This document shows positions 1-9,000 of a DNA stretch of 34,527 nucleotides, one piece after another. Numbering within the stretch: position 1 is the first letter of the stretch; each line of letters opens with the position of its first letter. The notes under the pieces were generated by a model. It was given only the letters and a program-made list of their open reading frames with translations, was not told where the DNA came from and did not search any database. The translations under genes were made by a program, and so were the position numbers. Source of the DNA: an uncultured virus (IMG/VR IMGVR_UViG_3300035520_000158) (Duplodnaviria; Heunggongvirae; Uroviricota; Caudoviricetes; Crassvirales); the IMG/VR virus record IMGVR_UViG_3300035520_000158; one strand, 5' to 3'.

Positions 1-2
1 AT

Positions 3-3000
3 GTAAAAGAGGTTGAATTTAAAAATGATAATGAATCTGATAAAGATGCCTTAGCTAGAATAAATGAAATCATTAATGATGTAAAAAATAGCAAAAATGG
101 TTTCATTATAGATAAGATGTATCCTGTAAAATTAAAAGATACTAATGCTTATAAAATTTATATTAAGTTTAAATCTTTTGAAGATATAGTTAATGCTAAA
201 TTAAAATTACTTGAGAATCTTAGTGATGATGCTTTAGCCTCAGAAGCATTAAGATTGGAACAGGAGTCCATGCTTAATGATGAATACTATATAAATCCTA
301 AAAAAGTAGAAGCACTTAAACAACAGGTTAGAAAAAATTCTTTCGTTTATGATTTTGAGATAAACGAAGCTTTTGAATTTTTACAAAACCTAGAAAATAA
401 TCCAGATTTAAATCAATATGTAGAGCAGTGTATTAAATGGTTAAAAAATGATACTATAAAATTACCAAGAGATAATGAAAAAGTATTAGAAGCTTTTCAA
501 GAAGCAAGAAGACTTCATATTGATACTCAAAAATTTAAATCTCCTATTGATCTTCTTATATATAAAGCAAATTTAGAAAAAGTAGATGAAGGTGATACTA
601 TAAATATGTCTGAAAGACCTATTTTTTCATTAAATAGAACTGTAGATACAATGGAAGGAACTATAGAAATTTACGATGTTCCTGACAATGAAGAAGGGCA
701 ACAAGCAGTTATGCAGGTGTTAGCAGATGCTACTCCTAAAGATTCTTCAGGTAAACCTGTAATGAATAGTCCTTGGTGTCTTGCTGTATATAATTATGAT
801 GTAAAAACAAAAAAGGCTACACCTACAAATAGTGCTCTTAATACTTATTGGCCTCGTTATAATAAAGGTAAACGTCAAATTGCTATTTTAAATGGTAAAC
901 CTATAGCTTTTAATAGCACTAATAAGGAAGATGGAAGAGATGAATGGTGGGATTTTTCAGATCATTCACATGAAAATGTTAATGAATGTACATTACAAAA
1001 ATTTAAAAATATTACTAGTGGTAAATCAAGAAATCCGAAAACAACAATAGCATTAGGAGATACTGTATATACTTATTCTAGAAATGGTGTACATAGCGTA
1101 AGTAGAACAATAATAAATGAGATAAAGAATTTTCATACATTTATTAGTGAATCTACACATTGGACAGGAAATTATATAAGAAAAACAATATCACTTTTAC
1201 AAAAAGGTACATCAACTTTTGATAGAATAGAATTTAGCAGTATAAGAAATAATGAAGGTGTTGATATATCAATGCATAATAATGATAATTCAAAAGATTT
1301 TATACTTAAAATACCATATCTTGAAAATCTTGATTATAATGATATAGGATTTACCATAGAAATTAAAAATGATCAGCAAATTAGAAAATTAGATTATCAA
1401 GTTAATGATGATGGTAGCATAACAGTATATTCATATAAAGATTCTGGAAACAAAAAAACAGGCTCAAATACTTATGAACCAGTTAGCCAAAAACTACATA
1501 CTGTTAATAGAACTATTAAAAACTTTAATATTAATTCTTTAGATGTATTAAAGAAAATACTATATTTAAAAGAATTATATTCTCATAATCAAGTGCGTTC
1601 AATTGTAGACCAGCTTGCTCCAGTTGTAGATATAATTAAAGATTTAGTTAATGAGATCTATAATGATTCAGAATTAAATATAACTGAAGAGAACACTGAA
1701 ATTGATGAAGAACTGGCTTCTAAATATAAGGAAAAACTAAATAAAACAATAGCTTCAGGCACTCCTTTATTAGTAAATGCTGTAACAGATGCTGTAGAAA
1801 CTGCTCAGTTAAATAATGCTTTAAATAATGCTGTTGAGAATTTAAATTTACCTTATAATCTAAATAATGAAGCTACTAATGAAGATGAAGTAGTAAATAA
1901 TGAAACTTCTGAGCATCCTACTAATGTAGAAAATTCTATAGAAAATAACAATACTGAAGTATTGGAAATGACTCAGGAAGAATTATCTGCTTTAGGTCAA
2001 GAAGTAAATGATTTTAATTCTACAGATGAACAAATAGAGCCTAAGACTATAATGAATACTCTTCAAGCTTTAAAAGAAGATAGATTAACAAGGCTTTATA
2101 ATGAGCAAGTAAAAAAGCCATTCAATGCTGAATTAGATAGAATATTTAGAAATATCTTAGAAGAGTATCATTTTGATATAAGGACTACAAATCTAAAAGA
2201 AATGTATGATCAAGATGCTTTAGGTGCTCTTGATATATTACAAAAAGTAATTTATTTATCTGATGAAGGTGACATTGAAAAAGTAAAAGCTATTGCAGAA
2301 CCTGAAGAATTTGCTCACGCTTTTATAGAATTAATGGGTAGTGCTTATTATAGCCCCAAAGCCAGAGCTAAATATGATATTGCTACTAGAGAATATAGTG
2401 AACTAAGAGATTTAATAGAAACTACTTCTTTTTATAAGGAAATATTAGAGCAATATAAGAATGTATATACATATCAAAATGGTAATCCTGACTTAGTTAA
2501 AATAAAGAAAGAAGCTGTAGGTAAAGCTCTTGGAGCTACTATTGTAGGCAAATTTGAAGAAAAAACTGAAGCTGATAAAACATTTACTAAGAAACTAAAG
2601 AAATGGTTCAATGATGCTTTATTATTCTTTAAAGCTGTATTTGGAAATAAATCTGCACAGTTACAAAGAAAACTAGATGCTATAGCTGAAAGTATTCTTA
2701 ATGGTAGTTATGCTGAAAAATATCTTGATAAAGTACATGATACTAATTATAAATTAGTAACCTTTAAAGATACATTAGCTAAACAAAATGCTAGAGATGG
2801 AGGTAAAGCTTTAAACATTATTCAAAAGCTTAATAGACATAAGAGTATATTAACAGGTTCATTATCTTATAGAGCACAAGGTACTGTATATAGATCTGAA
2901 GAAGATAATTTACATGATCTTGATTTTGTAGTAAAAGCAGAAGATAGTACATTATATATGGATCATCCTTCATTAGCACATATTACTCAAAGAAAAATGG

Positions 3001-6000
3001 GTAAATGGACTAGTGAAATGCTATTAAAAGCTGTAGCTGATTCTCCTTATATAAGAAGTATTAAAGAAGATATTCCTGATTTTTATGTAATGTATGCTTA
3101 CCCTGAAAACAGTGGTAAATGTATAATATCTAATAATGCTATATGTGATGACCCTAGAATAATAACTAAGTTTAAAAGTTTAAAAGGTAATTTTAATCAA
3201 AGATTAGCTCAGTTAGAGCCTGAAGAAAGAGAAAAGTTATATCTTGTAGACATATTCTTTAATAAAGATAATGTTGTAGATACTTACTCTGATACAGAAT
3301 CTGATATTACAATGACAGATTTTACAGAATCATTTAGTGCTAAACTAAAAATGGGTAGAGCTAAGGATTTGTATGACTATCAAAGATTTTTACCTTATAA
3401 TAGAAAATATAATGTAAAGCAAAGCTCTAAGGGTGCATTATTTTTTAAGAATGAAAACTCAGTTCCGGGTGAAAGAATTGATTTAAATGATTCTGAAGGT
3501 ATTGCTAGAATAAAAGATAAAGTTAAATTCAATAATATAGAAATTGCAGGAATGAAAATTCCTTTTGATTCTAAACTTGGAAAATTTTTACAAAGTGAAA
3601 GTCAATCAAGTGGAATTTTATCCTACTTTATTACTGACAATAATGAATTTATAGAGAATTTAAAAGATTCTTCATATCCACATTCTTATTTTATACCTAA
3701 TTCAAGAATACCTAAAGAAATTCTAAAAGAAGAATTAGAAGAGTTTTCTATTTATAATGGAGAAAATAATACTTATAAAACAGATGAGGTAATAGGGCTA
3801 TTAATTGAAGCTATTGATGAAGATTTTGGTAAAGTAAAGACTTTATTCAATAATTTAAAAGAAGCTTGTACAAACCAAGAGGTTTTAAGTGATTCTCATG
3901 TAATAAATGCTATAAGTAAAACTGGTGAATTGACTCTTAGTAATTTAATAACTGCTCTGCATTTATTATTAGATTCTACATTTTCAATTTCAAATACAAC
4001 AGTAACGTATGAACCTTTAAGTCAAAAAGAAATTAATTTTAATAATTCTGAAGAGGATGATACTGAAAAACCTGCTCCTGTAGAAGAAAGAAAATCAGAT
4101 AAAGAAGATAAGCATAAATCTATATCAGATATTCATGCTGAATTTTCTGCAAGAATAGATAGACAAATGGATGCTTTATTAGATAGTGACTTAATTAGTC
4201 CTATAGAATTAAGACATTTAGCTGAACAAATAGTAAATTGTGTATCTGACTATATTACACAAGCTATGACAGATCCTCAAAGTGTATCAGATTTCTTTAA
4301 TGGAGAATTTGATGGTATAGATTTCTCTAAGATGTCAAGAAAAGAAATAGTTAATACTATAGGTATTGATAAATTACTTGAAGCTTGTAAGAAGAAATTT
4401 GATCCTAATAGTAGAGATGAAGATGATGAATTTTATGATGATGAGGATACATTAGCTATTGCTAAAGAAGTTATGAAAAATTGGGATGCTTTATTATATA
4501 TGGCATCTGATGTATTTAGAAGTAACGAAGACTTTAGTATAGTAACAGATGATGGTTTAACACATACTACAGAAGATTCTACAGTATTAAATGCTGATGA
4601 ACTTGAAGTATCAGATGATGAAGATGATGTTAATGAACATGAGGGTTCTCAGCAAATGCATTGGCAGATAAAAATGACTACTTTAGATACTTTAAGAACA
4701 ATGTCTCAAGAAGTCAAAGATGCTCTAAGACAATTATATATACTAGATGAACATGGTAATCCTGTTTATGATAGATTTGGTATTAGAGAAAGAATTAATG
4801 TTAGAAAAGCTACTCAATCTATATTAAGATGGGGTCAAGGTTCAGTAACTCTTAGTAATTTAGTAACTGCACTTAAAGAAAAAGAACAAAGCAATCCTTG
4901 GTTAAAGCCTCTTATTAAAAAGTTAAGTGAAAAAAATGGAGAATATGCTACATTCCAAAGTCAATTCTGGGGAACTTTTGATAAACATTTTATAACAATG
5001 TCTATTGTAAGAAAACAAGATGGAATGTATATAAGTCAGGCTGTAAATGAGCATCCTGCATTATCTGAAGTAGCTAAACAAATAGAAATAGCTTATAATA
5101 TAGGTGAACATCCTCTATTTGAACCTTCTGGAGTTAATACAGAGTCTTTAAAGCAGTTATCTAATGATTATGATACACTTAGAAATTTAAGAAATAGTGA
5201 CTTTAATAAACCTGAAAATGTACAAAAGATATATGAGGCACTTGTTAATGCTACTAATTTATTAGGTTATAATATACCTATTGAAATGGTAGAAAATGCT
5301 CTAAAGCTTAATAATCAAAATCTAGAAGATTTTAAATCTATGTATGAAGCTTTAGGATATATTATAAAGTCTATAGAAGCAGGTAGTAAAAAAGAAGATT
5401 ATAATCCTTTTAAATTTAAGGATAGAAACAGTATTAATGGTAATCTTAGAGCTTTCCTAAGACCTCTAACAGATACTCTTGAAGATACTATGATAAATGC
5501 TGTATATGATGATGGTGAAATGCACCAAAGTTATATTACACCTTCTTGGTTATCTAATATGTTTGTTAAATTTACAAGAGATGAAGAATCTTTTAAGAAA
5601 TATATTGAAAGTGAATTTGGTACTTCTGAATGGTACAAAAAAGATGGTGCTTGGAGACAACCTTGGATAGAAGCTATGGTTCAAAATCCTGCATTTAGAA
5701 AAATCTTTAAACATAAGATTCAGCTTAATTTTGATGGTTCTAATTATATGAAGACTATGGATGATCTTCAATATACATTATCAGTATTTGCTGAATACTT
5801 CACTAAAGGAGATTCTAAAGAAAGTATGACTACTGCATGGTATAGAGTTCCTATGCAATCTAATAAACCTACATCTGAGTTTATTCAATTTATGAGCTAT
5901 AGAGGCCCATTCTATAAGAACTCTATTACTACTGGTATGATTAAAATCTTTTCACAAGAATTAGATAGAATTGTAACAGTAATGCTTCGTAATAAGGATA

Positions 6001-9000
6001 AAACAGATCCTGATTTTATCAAGAATTTTGATACTAAAGGTAAAAAGTTTGTTCTTCTTGACTTCATGAATAGTTATCTTGAAGGTGGAAAAAAGGCTAA
6101 TACTGAATTTGGAAAAGCTTTACAAGCTGAAATAAATAATAGAATACAAAAAGTAAGAGATCCGGAACATAGTAGTACTACTAAAAATACAGAACTTGAA
6201 GCTTCTTTGCAAACTATTATTAAAGAGGAAATGGAAGCTAAAGTTAATTCTATATTAGAAAGTTGGAAGAATAAAGGTGTTATAGAAGCTGCTAAAAAGA
6301 TAGAAAATATAGGAAAATCTGATGCAGAAGTTACTGCAAATTTGGAAAATTTCATTTGGAATGATACCTTTGCAGCAATGAATATTCTTGAACTTACTGT
6401 AGTAGACCCTGCATATTATGCTGATGCAGAAGATTTACAAAAAAGATTAGCTCAAATTCATGCTCCTGGTATTAGAGGTAATGCAGAAGCTACAGATTTT
6501 AAAGGTAACAGTGTTACAGATGGTAAAGTAAGAACTTTCTATCTTAATGACTTTGATGATGTAACTTCAAATGTTATTGATAATCTTACAGAAGTATTTG
6601 ATAGAAAAATAAGAGAAGCTAAAGGTGTAGAAAAAGAAGGATATAAAGCTTTAAAAGAGGCTCTAGTAGGAGCAAAGGGAGTATACAGACAAATTAATGT
6701 TACTGATGCTCAAGCTTATAACTGTCCTACATCTTATAGAAAGAAAGCTTTTATATTTGGTAAATGGAGTAAAAGAGCTGAAGATGTTTATAATAGAATA
6801 TTGAGAAATGAACATCCTTCATATACAGAAATACAAGAAGCTTTCCAACCTTTGAAGCCTTTTGCTTATTCACAAGTAGCTAAGGAAAGTGGAGTAGTAG
6901 GAGCACCTATTCAGAATCTTAAAATGGGTATTCAAAATAAAAATGCTGAATACTTATTGATTATGGCTGATGCTATATTAAAAGGTGAGCAAACATCTAA
7001 ACCTAATTTACTAAGAGCTATTTATGAAGTAATGGAAGATAGTCATAAAAATGCTGATGGTACAGTAAAAGTAGATGGTATAGATACTGTTCAATTTAAT
7101 TCTGCTGTAAAAACAGGCCCTAGAAACGGTATTAGTGTTAAAGATTTAATTAATAACCCTAATGGAGAAGCTATATTAAAATCAAGAATTAATCAAAGTA
7201 TATATAAATGGGATACTAAACAGGTTACAAATGAAAATAGTGAAAATAATGAAAACACTAATGTTCATACTAAGACCTCTGAGTATAATTCTGATTATAT
7301 ACATGAATTAGATCTTGATGGATATTGCTTACAACAAGAAGTTCCTGCTCACTTTATGGAGCATGAGCAATCTCATGGTTCTCAAATTAGAGCTATATTA
7401 CCTTCAGATTTAGCTATTACTGATGTAAATGGAAATGCTGTAACTTATCATACTGATAAAGGTGATGTAACAGCTAAAGAATTTATAGAAGATTACGAAA
7501 ATACTATAGCTGAAAACATTAATGCAAGTATAGATAATCTCAAAAAAGAATTTAACCTTCCTATTGACAATAATGGATTAGTTGATCAAAGAGATGTAAA
7601 TAAAGCTATAAGTAGAGTTTTACAGCATGAAATTCTTACTAGTCCCAGATATGGAATGGATTTATATCAAGCTTGTTCTATAGATGAAAATGGTAACTTT
7701 AAGATACCCTTAGGAGACCCTATTCAAAGTAAAAGAATAGAGCAACTTATAAATTCTATAATTAAGAAAAGAGTAAATAAACAAGAAATAGCAGGTGGAC
7801 CTGTGGTACAGGTAAGCTCATTTGGTACTTCTAATTCTCTTCATATTAAATTTAAGAATAAAAATGGTGGTAAACTTCTTAGTAGAGAAGAGTGGAAGGA
7901 AGCTAAAGAAAAAGAAAAACTTGAAGCACCTACTACTGTAACTAATACACAAACTACTAATAATATAGATATACCAATACTTAAAAAAGAAGGTCCTGTA
8001 GATACAGATTTAAATACTTTTAAAGATTCTGTATCTGATATTGATAATAATGAAGAAGGTACTACTAATGGTTTAGGTAATACTTATGAAGAGTATCTTA
8101 AAAATAATCAAGGAGGTATTGATTATTTTGAAGTATATGCTCCTATATATTCTAAAGAATTACTAGAAAAATTTGCTGATGAAAAAGGTAATATAGATAT
8201 TAAAAGTATTGAAGCTTTAGATCCAGATTTACTAAAAATGGTAGGTTATAGAATACCTACAGAAGCTAAATATAGTGCAGCACCTCTTAAAATAGTAGGT
8301 TTCTTACCTAGAGAAGCTGGTGATGCTATTATGATGCCTGAAGAAATTACAGCTATTAATGGTTCAGATTTTGATGTTGATAAAATGTATCTTATGAGAA
8401 AGGTACTTAATATTAAAAAGAATGATATTAGTAGAAGTAAATTACATAGATTATTATATGATGAATTAGTTAATTCTCAAAAATCTAAGTTATCTTATAA
8501 TACAAAATTATCTATAAATGATTTGATAAATCAGTTCTTAGATAATCCTTATGCAAAGTCTTCATTAGTAAATCAAGAAACTGCTCAAGGTTATATGTCT
8601 ATGCCTGAAGCTGCTTATGAAAAACTACTTAAAACATATTTACAAAATAAATATACTGTAGAAAAGCCTACAAAAGGTAAATTATATAGAGATAATAAAA
8701 TTGTAGATATGACTTATGAAGTTTTAACTCATGCTACTAGTGCTGATCAAGTATTAAATCCTCAAGATTTTAGTGCTCAAAAAAGAGCTGGTTATATGAT
8801 AGAAGCTTATAGACAAGGATATGATTGGGAATATTTAAAATCTAAATCAATATCAGAATTAAAAGATTTAATATCTACAGAAAAGAATCTAAGTTATATT
8901 GATACTCATATTCAATTCTATAAACAAAATTCATCTGCTGCATCTTTATTAGGTATATTTGCAGTAAATAGAGTGGCTCATGCTATTATAGAAACAAGTC

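Noticed and set aside
117..119. ATG at 117 as RNAP start
   Set aside because: Frame is open and protein-like back to nt 3; the gene is probably truncated by the window.
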